From the human T2T-CHM13v2.0 reference genome, Homo sapiens: DNA of 64,000 nucleotides. Positions 38,490-53,375 of the stretch are shown here, piece after piece. Made by a program: the position numbers and the translations under genes. Each line of letters starts with the position of its first letter. Position 1 is the stretch's first letter. Below the pieces are notes generated by a model. That model was not told the origin of the DNA and searched no databases. It worked only from the letters and a program-made list of their open reading frames with translations. The stretch lies in the NCBI RefSeq assembly GCF_009914755.1, contig NC_060932.1; one strand, written 5' to 3'.

Positions 38490-40420
38490 TCACTTTAGTC
38501 AGCTAAATTTTATGGAGTGTGTTTTATAAACAAAGCATTGTATGAAGCTCTAGAAAATAGTCAGCAGAAGATAGTCCTTCTTCTCAAAGGCTTTCCAACA
38601 CATTATCAAGAACATACACAGTCACAAGCAATTACAATTTGAAAGTAGCACACAGATAAAGAAATTAATTACCACTGGTGGGGCTGGAGACCGTTTAACA
38701 GAACAGATAGGTTTAAGCTGGGTAAGATTTCAACTAGCAACACAGGAATGAAGGGTGCTTGAAAACAGCACAGAAAGGCACAAGGAAATAGTACAGACAA
38801 TTGTACAAGTAAAGACAAAGAAGTAGGAGGCTGCCATGTACATGTGAAGGATAATGAAGTGGCAGGGCAAGACTAGAGTTCGGGGGCACAGAGAAGGCAG
38901 GAATAGAAGATGAGCCTGGAGAAGTAGATGGGGGCAGATTTTGGAGCCTATTAGCTATAAACCAAAAAATTTAGCATTTATATTACAGAAGTAGGGGGCC
39001 ATGAAAGTCTCAAAGTGAATGACATGATCAGAATAATGATGCATGAGTTAAAATGGAAAAGAACAGTTAGGCAGAGTACGACCCATGACAAAGCTCCAAA
39101 GAAGAGGTAATGTTGCGTAGATTAAGGACAGTAGCAATGAAAACTGGATAAAGGAAACAGACCGAAAGACACATTCTGAAGGCAAGTTGACATAAGGAAA
39201 AGATCTTAGGCCCCAGGCTAAAGATTTGAATTCTGGCTCCTCCAACTATTTGCCTTTTGGCGTTGGGCATGTTTCTTAGCTCCTTTAACATATAGTTTCC
39301 TTATCTATAAAACAGGAATAATGCACTTGCCTGTGTGTGGGGGAAAAAAAACTGTGAGAAAAATACAGAAAGTTGTCTAGATAATTCATGTCAACACACT
39401 TATTTATTCAACATCATATAATGATAAAAAGAATAAAATGTAGCCCCAATCTGGTTGGGGAAACAGACATACAAACAACTAAAGTGACAATGATCTGATG
39501 TAACTGGACCTATATTAGGAGTAAGATCCAACAGAAACACAGAGGATAAGGTGTGTGTAAAGCCACTAAAGACCGTGTAAAAGTGCTGAAAAGGTTCAAT
39601 GAAGTTCCACAGAGGTGATGTGTGAACCAGGCTACTCACAACTTTTAATGTTTCTTATTTTCACATCAAATCACCAGGTCCTTCACCACATAAATTATAG
39701 TACACAACCCCCTAGGACCCAGTGGTATCATTTGAATTCTGGAGTGTGAAAGTCCAAAGGAAATGGTGGAGGAAAAAAGGGGAGGTGAGGGGAGAGGAAG
39801 AAAGATTAGAGGAGTATGAATGAATTTTAGGCAAATAACTTCTCAGGAAACAATACTTGAAAGAAAGCCAGATAATACTTAGATTCTCAGTGTGATACAA
39901 TATTAAGGCAGCAAAACTCAAATGAAAGAATGTAATGAGTTCCAGGTGTCGTTTAGTAGATTTTTTTCAGTAGGTGAAGTTGAGTTGAGGTGGCTACTGT
40001 CAGTGTCAATGCCCTGTCTGAACAAGTTTTAATTTAACTTCAAGCAATACATAGGCTTTTGTTTAGACTGTTTGCATATATTTGTCTACTGCTGCTAAGA
40101 GGCAAAATAACCTCTTTCTCGAGAAAGTGAGATAAAACTATGATTGCAAAAATGTTTATTTTTTAATCTTTTCATGAATCAAGTAATTTTATCTAATTTA
40201 TTCAACAAATATTTATTGAATAGTTACTGTGCATAAGGCCCAGTGGGGAATATGAGAGAATATAATATGATATAGATTTTATCACCAAGAAGGTCTGAGT
40301 CTCATAAGTTCACTATAAAGTAGAAGGTAATAAATTCAATGAGAAGTATACAGATAAAGTGCCACACAGTATAAAGGAAGGAGATTACTTTGAGCTGGGA
40401 GGATAAGGATTTGGCACTGG
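38490..40420 (-). mobile_element. Cluster of degraded antisense L2 fragments with an intervening MIR (~39200-39330)
   Basis: tttattcaacaaatatttattga (40197), gtgaatgacatgatcaga, ttgggcatgtttcttagc...tttccttatctataaaacagg. Confidence 0.55.
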
Positions 40421-41889
40421 CACTAGGACAGAGGGGACTATGTTGTGTTACTCATGCAACAAACATTTACTGAGCACATACAATGTGCATGCACTTACCT
40501 AAATGCAATGAGACTTTGAGGTGATTTAGTCCAATTCCTTCACTTAATTCACTAGAAAATGAAAACTCGGAAACCTAAATAGCTAATTCAAGGCCAAGAT
40601 ACAATTTGAATTGATATCTCCAGTCTGCAAGTCCAATAATTTCTACTACTTACCCTGTCACCTCCAAAACTCAGTCTAAATTTTTTGTCAGGTACAATCA
40701 TTATTTCAAAAGGCATTCCATTCCACTTATAAATTAATTTGTTATAAAATGTGTTTTCTAACATTTAGTTAAAAGTTGCCTTCATTTTTAACTAAAAATG
40801 AAGTGGCTCTAGTGGCTCCCCCTGTAGTTACACAGAACAAATAGAATCCTGTGGCCATGTGATCATCCTTCACATATATGAAGACAATCCTCACGTCCCC
40901 CACTCTAGTAGGCACTCAGTAATCACTATAGTTGGGGAATAAGCTCCGGAATTAGATGGGCCTGGATGTGAATCTCAGCTTCAACATTCACTTGGTGTGT
41001 GATCATGAGCCAAGTTACTTAATTTAGATAATCTGTGTGTTTATTTAGACAATGGGAATGTTTATGTCCTTCATGCCTTCCATTCAATGTAATGGCCAAT
41101 AACTATGATCAAGAATTGGCACAACTTTTGGTGTAACTGTCAGAACACTAGAGTTTCTCTATACACATTAAGCTGGCACTGAATCATAAGAGGAAAAGTT
41201 GCAAAACTGAAAAAGATGGCAGCACCTGTCTTTCTCTCCCACTTCTCTTCCTCTCTGGCATAACTAGTCTGTGAGTGACAGCTGTGAAATACTAAAGACT
41301 GGGCGACATGGCTTTTCCAGATAACCTGTGAAGAATGGTGAAGCATGGCTTCATCAAATGACCTGTGCTAATAGAGCTGCTGGCAAAAGTGCAGTCATTT
41401 TATTGAGATAAAACATTGAAAATAATTTTCATAAAATAAGGCACAGATGCTTTAATTAGAAAAAAATGTCCTTGAGGGTGGGATTCAGATGCAGTTTTAT
41501 AACTTGTACGGTGCCTTAAATGCATTAAAAGATAGACAATGGTACAAGGACTATTCTCCCTAGTGGTAACAAAACTGTTTCCTAGTTACTAGGGTAGGGT
41601 AGGGAGGAAATGAAAGGAAGAAGAGAAAATCTAGAGTTTATTCTTTTCCTACTTCTAATGTTATAAGCCAATGCTAATGTTTAGTAGTCACAACCTCGTC
41701 TGCTAGGCACTGCAACTAATTTCCCGTATTTGGGTAGAAAAAAATGCATCATGTCTCAAAGAATGAACTACTGACAGAAATTTAGTGACTGATACTAAAG
41801 GTAGATATGTAGCTGCAGGGTATGAGAAAGAGGAGACACAGTCCTAAAAATAACAGCAAAACTAAGATGAAAATGCAGAGAAGTGGTAT

Positions 41890-42210
41890 GGTACATTGGT
41901 AGCTATCCCCTAATATCTATTCTACCTTTCTTCCATAGAAATATCGTTTTAGCCAGGCATACAGTCATTCGGAATAAAAGCAACACTTTCGGTCTCTATT
42001 GCAACTACATGTAGCCCTATGACCAAGTACTGACCCGCATTATATGGACGTTTCTGGGCACCTTTCTCAAAAGATGGCTGGGGCATGCCCATTTCACCCC
42101 TTTCTCCAACCAGCTGCCTGAAGTGGAGATGCCTCCACCTTTGACCATGAAACTGAGAGCCTCACCCTAGGCATGGTGAGTGGTGAGCTGGAAGGAGTGG
42201 GGCTCTCGAT
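41890..42210 (+). mobile_element. MLT1J/K-like LTR fragment
   Basis: ttgcaactacatgtagccctatgaccaag...ccacctttgaccatga. Confidence 0.55.
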
Positions 42211-42219
42211 GCAGAAACT

Positions 42220-43600
42220 GATTTTTCCATTTTTGTTAAACAATGCTGTCAAAAAGGCCCTAAAAACTATCTTTTGCACATATCTATTTCCTTAGATTAC
42301 ATTCCTAGAAGTGAGTGAGAGGATATGAAAACATAATCTGTCATGGAACTAGAGTTAAAAAAAAAAAGAATATGAAAACATTCTAAAGCTCCCAATACAT
42401 ATGGTGAAATTGTTCTTCTGAAAGTTTAAATTTACATGTTCTCTACATGCCTTCCCAGCCCAATGTCAGGAGTTAATTTTATCATTAATTGGTAAGAGCT
42501 CTCTTATATTAAGGGTGTGAATACCATGTTATAAATACCTCTTCCCAATTAATTTACCTTTCAATTTAGTTACTATTTTTGTTGTTGTGCAGTAACTTAA
42601 AATCTTTATGTAATAAACCTTTTTAAAAAGTGGTTTCTGCCCTTACTATTATATAGTAAAAAGTCTTCCCACGTATCAAGATTATGTACATATCCACCTA
42701 TATTTTTTCTATTACCTTTTTGCTTTCACTTAACCTTTAATCCACATGAAATTTATTTTTCCACACATTTAGCCGATTGTACCAACACCAAGATTCCACA
42801 CATTCAATAATAGATGCTATTGAATATAACTATTCCTAATAACTGAAAATTCCACTTTTATTTATTCTGATATCTTGAATTAGTATTATTAGACTGTTTT
42901 AATTATTGTGGCTTTAGAAAAAAATTTTATACTCACTTATGCAATTAATTCACATTATTTCTTTTTTTTACAAAAGTGTGTTTGGTTTACACCTCTAAGT
43001 GAACTTTAGAAACACATTGTCAGGTTTGGCAAAAAGAAAAAAACACCTGAAATTTTAACTGGAATTGTATTAATGATCAATAGAGAGCAATTGGGGTAGG
43101 GAATGCATAACTTTAAAACATTAACTCTCCCCATTATTCCCACAAATATGAGATGTTTCCCCATTTCTTAAACTGTTTTTATGTCCCTTATGTTCTATAG
43201 TTTATTTCTTATAGTTAGTCGTAGAGTTTACTTGCTTAAACTTGAGGCAAGTTTCCTTAGTTACAGATCTTTTATTTATATTTGTGCTATTATAAGTAGG
43301 ATCTTTAAACACATACTTGTCTGTGCTGGTATAGAGGAAACACTAATTTCTGAATTTATTTTGTAATTGACCATCATCTTACTGGTATGTTTTTAATAAT
43401 GCTCATAAGTGTTAGTTGATTATCTTGGGTTTTCTAGTTAGATAACTGTATTTTCAATTTCAAATAATGATGACACTTCTCACTTCCTTTGCAATATTTA
43501 AACTTCATTTTCTTGTCTTATTGCATTAGACAAAACTTTCAAAACAATATTAAATAATAGAGGTAATAGCTGACACTCTTTTTTCCACCCCTGACTTTAC
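42220..43600 (-). mobile_element. Ancient L1ME-type ORF2 remnant
   Basis: attcctagaagtg, ttttaactggaattgtattaa, ttcttgtcttattgcattag...aatattaaataatagaggtaatag. Confidence 0.65.
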
Positions 43601-43797
43601 TTCTTAGGACATTTTCCTATTTTAACCCATAAAACAGCTGCATCGTATCAGTCTTTCATCTGTTTTTACACTGGTCCCAACCCCCAATCCCTAACTATAC
43701 TGTAAGTTCCTTGAAGGCAAAAACTGTGTTTTGCTAATTTTTTAAATCACTGTAGCATCCAGCACAGTGTCTGGCACAGAGAAAATAAATCATTAAA

Positions 43798-44083
43798 CGG
43801 ATGGTTCTCAAAACTGGTGAGTCACTGGAATTACATGGGAGCCTTTGAAAAAAACCAACTGCAAGTTTCACAAACCATTTACAAGTCAGAAATTCCCTGT
43901 TCGTGGGGGTGCGAATCTAGACGTGTCAAAAGCTTCTTAGATGATTTCTGACGGCCCACAGGTTTGAGAACCACTAGTCTAGTATTTTTATCACTCCCGG
44001 AGATTCTGTTTCAGAGTCAGGGGCCTGATTTTTAGTAAATCTTCCTGAGATGATTCAGATAGAAGCAGGTTTGGAAACTACTG
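43798..44083. mobile_element. MER5-type hAT elements (two adjacent pieces)
   Basis: Termini tggttctcaaa ... tttgagaaccact; second piece gagattctg...gtttggaaactactg. Confidence 0.7.
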
Positions 44084-44288
44084 GGTTAGACAGTAATTCA
44101 AAGAAGGGATCAGAGTTTTATTTTTTTCCTTTATGTTGTCTGTATATTTTTCACATACAAAAGTGGAAAAGATAGCAAGATATATAAAGAAAAGGCCAAT
44201 CTCTCCTACCTCTATCTTCTAAAAGTAGCCATTTATTACTGTGTAGTGGCATCCTTCCATCCCTCTTTTCTTGCTTACACAAAATAAA

Positions 44289-44292
<4 letters not shown>

Positions 44293-44333
<41 letters not shown>

Positions 44334-44341
44334 GAGAGAGA
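44293..44341. repeat. (GA)n microsatellite
   Basis: GA run with one interruption. Confidence 0.95.
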
Positions 44342-44551
44342 AGTACTCTTTCTGTTTTTATTAAAACAATCAGACACTTATTTTGTAATTTGGTAGTATT
44401 TAAAAAAATGTTATTTCAAATAAATGATGATGAAACCAATATCTGTTCTCTTGTCTATATAGATTTAAATTTAGCGATGAGTATAAAAACATTTTCATTT
44501 CATTTTTAATTCTTTAGCAGGTATAGGAACAATTTGGGAAGATTCACCTAG

Positions 44552-44795
<244 letters not shown>

Positions 44796-45849
44796 TCACC
44801 TAGGAAATTCTAAAACTATCAGTTAATATACTAAAGGATATGGGTTCATAGGTCAAACAGCATCTTAAAAACCAGGAGGACAGTATTAATACAGGAAGGC
44901 TAAAAATGGCATATAAAGCCTTCTTTTCTATACTTATAATAAAGTAATTAAAAGCTACAAAAAGAAATCCTTTTATGTTACTTATGCTTAGCTATTACTC
45001 ATTTTTTAGATAAAAGATATTTTTAATACAAAAGCAAAACTAAGGCACAACTGATCTCCACTTACATGCTTTAACAAAACATAAAAGGCAGCACTCAAAT
45101 GTACACCAGAAATAAAAATTCTAAAATAGAACTACTAATAAAAGGAATGTAAATTACTGGCTAAGACAGAAACATCATATTTTAGAAGACTAAGCCATGA
45201 TTTTGGTGAAATCAGTACATCATTCGTTTGTTATTATTAAATTTTCATAAAGCATCTCCAAAAAGCTCAATGACACACACTAATAATTGTTAAATAATGC
45301 AAATGAATACTTCTAAATTCTCCAGTACTGTAAATTAGCAGACAGTGTGGGAGTTGCAGAGAACAATGAGAGAGAGAAGTAAAAACAAAGCAAGCAGTAA
45401 TATGATATCTTAAATTAAGTTGCAATTTCTGATTTACTCCAAAAGGATCTTTCTGGGCAGGCAGGATTTAAAGAGTTTTAAGAAATGATGTCTTTCTGCC
45501 TGTCAGGAGTGTGTTAGAAGTATATTTAATTCTGTGAAGTTGGAATAGGAAAGAGAACATGGGGGAGAACTAAGTTAATCTAGAAGAGGTGTGAAATTGG
45601 AGAAAGGCCTAAAAATCAAATGCAAATATGCTGAAGATAGTAATAATTTTAAAAAGGAAATAGTTTAAAGAAAGGGAACAACATTCAGTGTGGTAAAGAA
45701 GTGGTATTAAAAATAGTGTTTTGTATTTTTTTTTGGCAGGAATGGAATGGATTTTATGGTTAGATAAATCAAGAAGACCTACAATGGCAGTTAAGATTTG
45801 AAATTGCTAGATATTTGGCAAGAGAACTGATAAAAAGAGAGGGGAGTAA

Positions 45850-47600
<1,751 letters not shown>

Positions 47601-47632
47601 CTGGCTTAGATTAGGGAATTAAAATAGACATT

Positions 47633-47818
47633 GGCTGGGCACAGTGGCTCACACCTGTAATCCCAGCACTTTGGGAGGCTAAGGTGGGTGGATCACTTAA
47701 GACCAGGAGTTCAAGGCTGCAGTGAGCTATAATGGTGCCACTGCACACTAGTCTAGGTGACAGAGTGAGACCCTGTCTCAAAAAAAAAAAAAAAAAAAAA
47801 AAAAAAGAGAGAGAGAGA
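47633..47818 (+). mobile_element. Alu monomer (FRAM-like) with A/(GA) tail
   Basis: Single arm ...ccaggagttcaaggctgcagtgagctataat... then poly-A. Confidence 0.88.
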
Positions 47819-49109
47819 TTATGAAAACATTTACTGGGAGACCTAACCCATTTTTTGCTTCAGGAAACCAATCTTAAACAGTGCCAAGAAAGGCAAGCCA
47901 AAGACAGTGGATGAAGACAGTGGTGGTGATGCTGGAAAAGCCCAGGCAAACTGAAGCACAGCTACTGTGGAAGAGAGAACAGCAGGAAAAAACTGGAGAG
48001 ACACCAGGAGCCCAACTGTGAAGGGACTGCTAAGAGAAGGTTCAGCTTTGTGCTTCCAGTCACTGATTCAAACTTTCTTCATGAATCCAACCACTAAATT
48101 AAACACCAGCTTTCTAAAAGCTGCACATTCTCATACTATAAAAGAAAATATATTTCAAATAAAATACTTTCCAGGCTTTCCAGAAGAAAAAATCCATCCC
48201 ATGTCACCCATTGTGACTAAGCACGGAGGAAACAGATTAAATTAGGGATATTTTGCCCGTACATCTCCAGGCTGCATGAAATGAAAACAAATGAGAGTCA
48301 GGACTCTCAAAAGTTTCACAGTTCTAACCATCAACGCAATGTGCCAAGCAACATAGTAAATGTTCACGTTTCAAACAGGAGGAATACATTTTACCTTTTC
48401 TATCTGGGATAGAAGATTAGATTCTAATCTTTTTTGGTTTTCCACTCAGATGAGCACCTTAAGTGGGATCATATTTCTATATTACAGGTACTTTTTTTTT
48501 TCCTGAAAGTCTGTGAATACTTAATTCAAAGGCCATGGACAGCAACCTAGAGGAGCTCTGACCATGAAAAATGTTTTATAAATAGTTCCATGTGCACTGT
48601 TCATCTGGAGTCTCACTAGAGATGGATAATGACCTTGTATTTTGTACTCATTTACTCTGAATTAGCCAAACCTTCTGTTTTTAATTACATACTTAATTCA
48701 CCTAGCATGGTCTAATTACATAAAACAAAACATCATTTAAACAAAAGGTGGCCTTGAACTTAATCTATCAAAACACCAGTTAGTTTTTAAAGTTTTTAGT
48801 TCTTAACAAACTGCCAAGACATGCAATAGCAATTTTCCAAATGTGATCATATGCTTTTATAGCAACAGATTTACTACATAATCAAACATCTGTATATACT
48901 TTTGTCTCACTATTAATGCAAATATGCTTAAGTTTTGATAGACTTAAAAATCTTAAAGCTGAAGTTCATACTACACAATAATTTTTAAATATCCATAGTC
49001 ATTTTGGCCTTGAAATGACAAGTTATCATAACCATGGCTACTTATTTACAAAATGGTCCAGAACTTTGTAAAAACTCATGTTCAGAATTTTCCTTAATTC
49101 TTCACAGTG

Positions 49110-49330
49110 TAAATTAGTAGCCCTTCTCTGTGTTATCATAGCACCTTATATATTTTCAATCACAGTATTTATAATGCTGAATAGTTATTGGTTTAAAGAT
49201 CTGACCCCCAACTAGATTGCAAACTTCATGAAAGCAGAGTTTATGCCTTTTATCTCTATCTTGCCAACATGGAGCACAGTGCCTAGCACAGAGCAGGTCC
49301 TCAATATATATTTGCTGAATTAATGTATTA
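49110..49330 (+). mobile_element. L2 3' end
   Basis: ccccaactagattgcaaacttcatgaaagcaga...gcacagtgcctagcacagagcaggtcctcaatatatatttgctgaat. Confidence 0.8.
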
Positions 49331-49359
49331 AAATACAATGTTGTAAAACTATCTCAATT

Positions 49360-51300
49360 TATGAATATGATCTTATATGTAGAAAATCATAAGGAATTCA
49401 CCAAAAAATTATTAGAACTAATAAACAAGTTCCAAAAGGTTGCAGGATACAAGATCAATATATAAATATCAATTGTATTTCTATGCAGCAGCAATGAGCA
49501 AACAAAAATGAAATTAAGAAAACCAATTCCATTTACAATCAAAACCGTTAAAATATTTTGTAATAAATTTAACAAAAGAAATATACAACCTATACTCTGA
49601 AAACCATAATCCTCAAATTGATCTACAGAATCTAGAGATCCAATGCAATCCCTATGGAATCCCAGCTGACTTCTTTGCAGAAATTGACAAGCTAAACCTA
49701 AAATTCATATGGAAATTAAAGGAATTCAAAATAGTAAAAGCATATAATGGAATCCTATTCGGCCTTAAAAAAGGAACAAAATTTGTCACACTACAATATT
49801 GATGAACCTTGAGGATATTATGCTAAGTAGAATAAACCAGTCACAAAAGATAATACTGTATTACTCCATTTATATGAGGTATCTAAAATGGTTAAATTCA
49901 TAGAAACAGAAAGTATAATGGTGGTTGCCAGGGGCTGATGGGAAAGGGGAGCTGTTATTTAGTGGGTTTAAAGTTTCAGATTTGTAAGATGAAAAAGTTC
50001 TGGAGATCTGTCTCATAACAATGTGAATATACTTACTATTTAACTGTACACTTAAAAATGATGAAAATGGCAAATTTTATGGTTTTTTTTAACCAAAATA
50101 AAAAAAATTTTTAAAGCCAAAACAGTCTTGAAAAAGAACAAAGTTGGTGGACACACACTTTTCAACTTCAAAACTTACTACGGAGCTACAGCAATCAAGA
50201 CAGTGTGGTAGTGGCATGAAGATAGACATATAGATCAGTGGAACACAATTGAGGGTCCAAAAATAAATCTTCATATTTAGAGTCAATTGATTTTCTAGCA
50301 GGGTACCAAGATAACTCAATGAGGGAAAGAATAATCTTCAACAAATGGTGTTGGAACAACTGAATATTGACATGCAACAGAACAAAGTTACTTCTATCTA
50401 ACACCATATACAAATATTAACTCAAAATAGATCAAAGACCTATATGTAACAGCTAAAACTATAAGACTCTTGGACGAACATGTAAGTGTAAAGCTTTGTG
50501 ACCTGGAGCTACACAATAATTTTCTTAGCTATGATACCAAAAGCACTAGTAAAAAAAAAGAAAAAAGGAAACTGGACTTTATCAAAATTTAAAAATGTGC
50601 TTCAAAGGACACCATCAAGACAGTGAAAATACAGCCCACAGAATGGGAGAAAATAGTTGCAAATAAAATATCTGATAAGGAACTTGTATGTAGAGTATAT
50701 ACAGAGCTCTTACAACTCAATAATAAAAAGACTAATAACCAATTTAAAAATGAGCAAAGGGTCTGAATAGACATTTCTCCAAAGACAATGTGCAAATGGA
50801 CAATAAGCACACAAAAAGATGCTCAACATCATCGGCTATTAGGTAAATGCAAATCAAAACCAGAACGAGATACCACTTCATACTCACTAGGATGACTATA
50901 ATCAAGAAGATAGACAATAGCAAGTGTTGCGAGGATGTAGAGAAATTGGAACCCTCATACACTGCTGACAGGAATGTAAAATGGTGCAGTCACTTTGAAA
51001 AACAACCTGACAGTTCCTCAACAGAGCATTTCCATATTATTCAGCAATTCTTCTCCTAGGTATACTCAAGAAAAAGGAAAACGATGTCCACACAAAAACT
51101 TGTACAAAATTGTTCACAACAGCATTATTCATAATAGTGAAAGGAATAAAGTGTTATCTGCACTTCATCCTTACACGGCCTCATAGTATTCCATATTATG
51201 TATGAACACACCACATTTTGTTTATCTGTTCATCAATTGATGGATATCTGGGTTGTTTCTACCTTTTTTTTTTTAAAAGCTATTATGAATAATGCTGCAA
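49360..51300 (+). mobile_element. Old L1MB/MC ORF2 3' region, with a nested L1 3'UTR piece (~49740-50110) and a terminal inverted segment
   Basis: ORF 50847-51059, MQIKTRTRYHFILTRMTIIKK..., is ORF2p-like. The host sequence aaaatag|ccaaaacagtcttg is split by a second L1 3' end. Confidence 0.85.
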
Positions 51301-53375
51301 ACTTTTCTGTCTTTAAATCCTGACATGAAGATCTGGACTGAGGCAGGGGTAGAGGGGTAGAGAAAATGCCTATCATCAAGTTCTTCCCTATGTCTATGGC
51401 CTAGATGGGGTGGGTGTCGGATGGTGCTGAGGCAGGAAGAGGAGAGGAGAACTCTCAGTAAGTTGCTAATGAGAAGAGATCCCAGAAGCTAGTTCCTGTG
51501 TTCCATTCTGCAGTAACATGTCCTCTCTACCATGAGTGATACAATAGGAGAATGGGTGAACACTCCCACTGTGGTAGATCCTAAGCAAAGCATGACATGG
51601 CCCTGCCCTCCAAGAAATTTTGTCCATAAGATAAGTCACTATTTCATGTTACTGTAATAATTTTTGTCATTATCTGGAGCAAAAAGGAGGATCTTTTGCA
51701 CCAAAAGAGTTTATGAACCTAAATTGCTCTTGTCAAGATCACCAATGACCTCCTTGTTGCTAAATATCCAATAGTAAATTATAAGTCCTCATCTTTCTTG
51801 GGCATTAACAAAATCTGAACCAGCTGATCCCTCTTTTTAGAACACTTTCTTCTCTTGGCTTCCAGAATATCACACTCTACTAGTTATTTTCCTACTTCGC
51901 TGATTTGTTCCTTATCTGTCCCCTTTGCTGATTCCTCGTCTTCTCCCCAATCTCTCAATGTTAGAGTGCCCTGGGGATCAGTCCTTAAACCATGCAGTGA
52001 GCTGAATAATGGTCCCTTGAGATACCATGTCCTAATCCCTAGAATCTCTGAATGTTACCTCATATGGCAAAGACTTTGCAAATGTGATTAAATTAAGTCT
52101 CTTATGATCCTAAGAATGGGGAGATAATTCTGAATAACTTGGATGGGCCCTAAATGCAATCATAAATGTTCTTTTAAGAGGGCAGGATAGGAATTCAAAC
52201 AGAAAAAGACAACCTTGGAAGCAGAATCAGAGGGAAAAGATGCTACACTGCTGGCTTTGAAAATGGAGAAAAGGGCTATGAACCAAGGAATGCAAGGAAT
52301 ACAGATCTAGATACTAAAAAGGGCAAGAAACTCTAGATTCTCCCTTAACAGTCTCCAGAGCAAGTGTGGCCCTGCTGAAACCCTGATTTAGCCCCATAAG
52401 ACTTAGTTTGGATTTCTGGTCCACATAACTATAAAAGAATAAATTTCTGTTGTTTTAAGCCACCAAGTAAGTCTGTCATAATTTGTTATAGCAGCCATAG
52501 GAAACTAATACAGATTTTGGAGCCTGGAAGTGGGGTGGTACAAAAACAAAAACCTAAAACTATGAAAGTGGCTTTGGACTTGACAGTAGGCAGAGGCTAG
52601 AAGGAGTGGGAGGTGCATGATAGAAAATACTCAGATTGCCTAAAACAGATTTTTGGTAGAAATTTGAACATTAAAGGCACTGCTGGTAACAGCTCAGAAG
52701 AAAGTGAGGAGCATGGTAGAGAAATCCTAATTCATCTTGGAGAACACATATATCATCATAAGCAGAATGTTGGTAGAAATATAAACACAGTAAAGATGGT
52801 ACTGGTGAGGGCTCAGAAGGAGATGAGCAACATTTTATTAGAAACTGTAGGAAAGGAGATTTGTCATATAGTGGCAGAAAGCTTAGCTGATGTGTGTCCT
52901 ACAATTATATACAATGATGAACTTAGATTTAGATGATTTGGATGAGATCTTGGACTTTTGAGCTGATTATATTTAGGTGAGATTTTGGGTTGAAACTGAA
53001 ATGGGTTGAGGCTTCTGGAGATACTGGGATGGGGTGAATATTTTGCATGTGAGATAGATGTAAATCCTTGGAGACAAGAGGGCAGACTGTGGTAAGCTCC
53101 TCAAGATATTCATGCCCTGATGCCTGGAACCTGAAAATGCTACCTCATATGGCAAAGACTTTGCAAGTGTGATTAACTTAAGCATCTTGAGATATGGAGA
53201 TTATCTTGGATTATCTCAGTGGGCCCTCAATACAGTCACAAGTGTCCTTAGAAGAGGGGAGGCAGAGAGGTTTTACACAAAAGAAAAAGGTCATGTGACC
53301 AAAAAAAAGAAAACAAAAAGAAACAGATAAGAGAGAAAAGATGCTATATCACTGGCTTTGAAAATGGAAAAAGAA

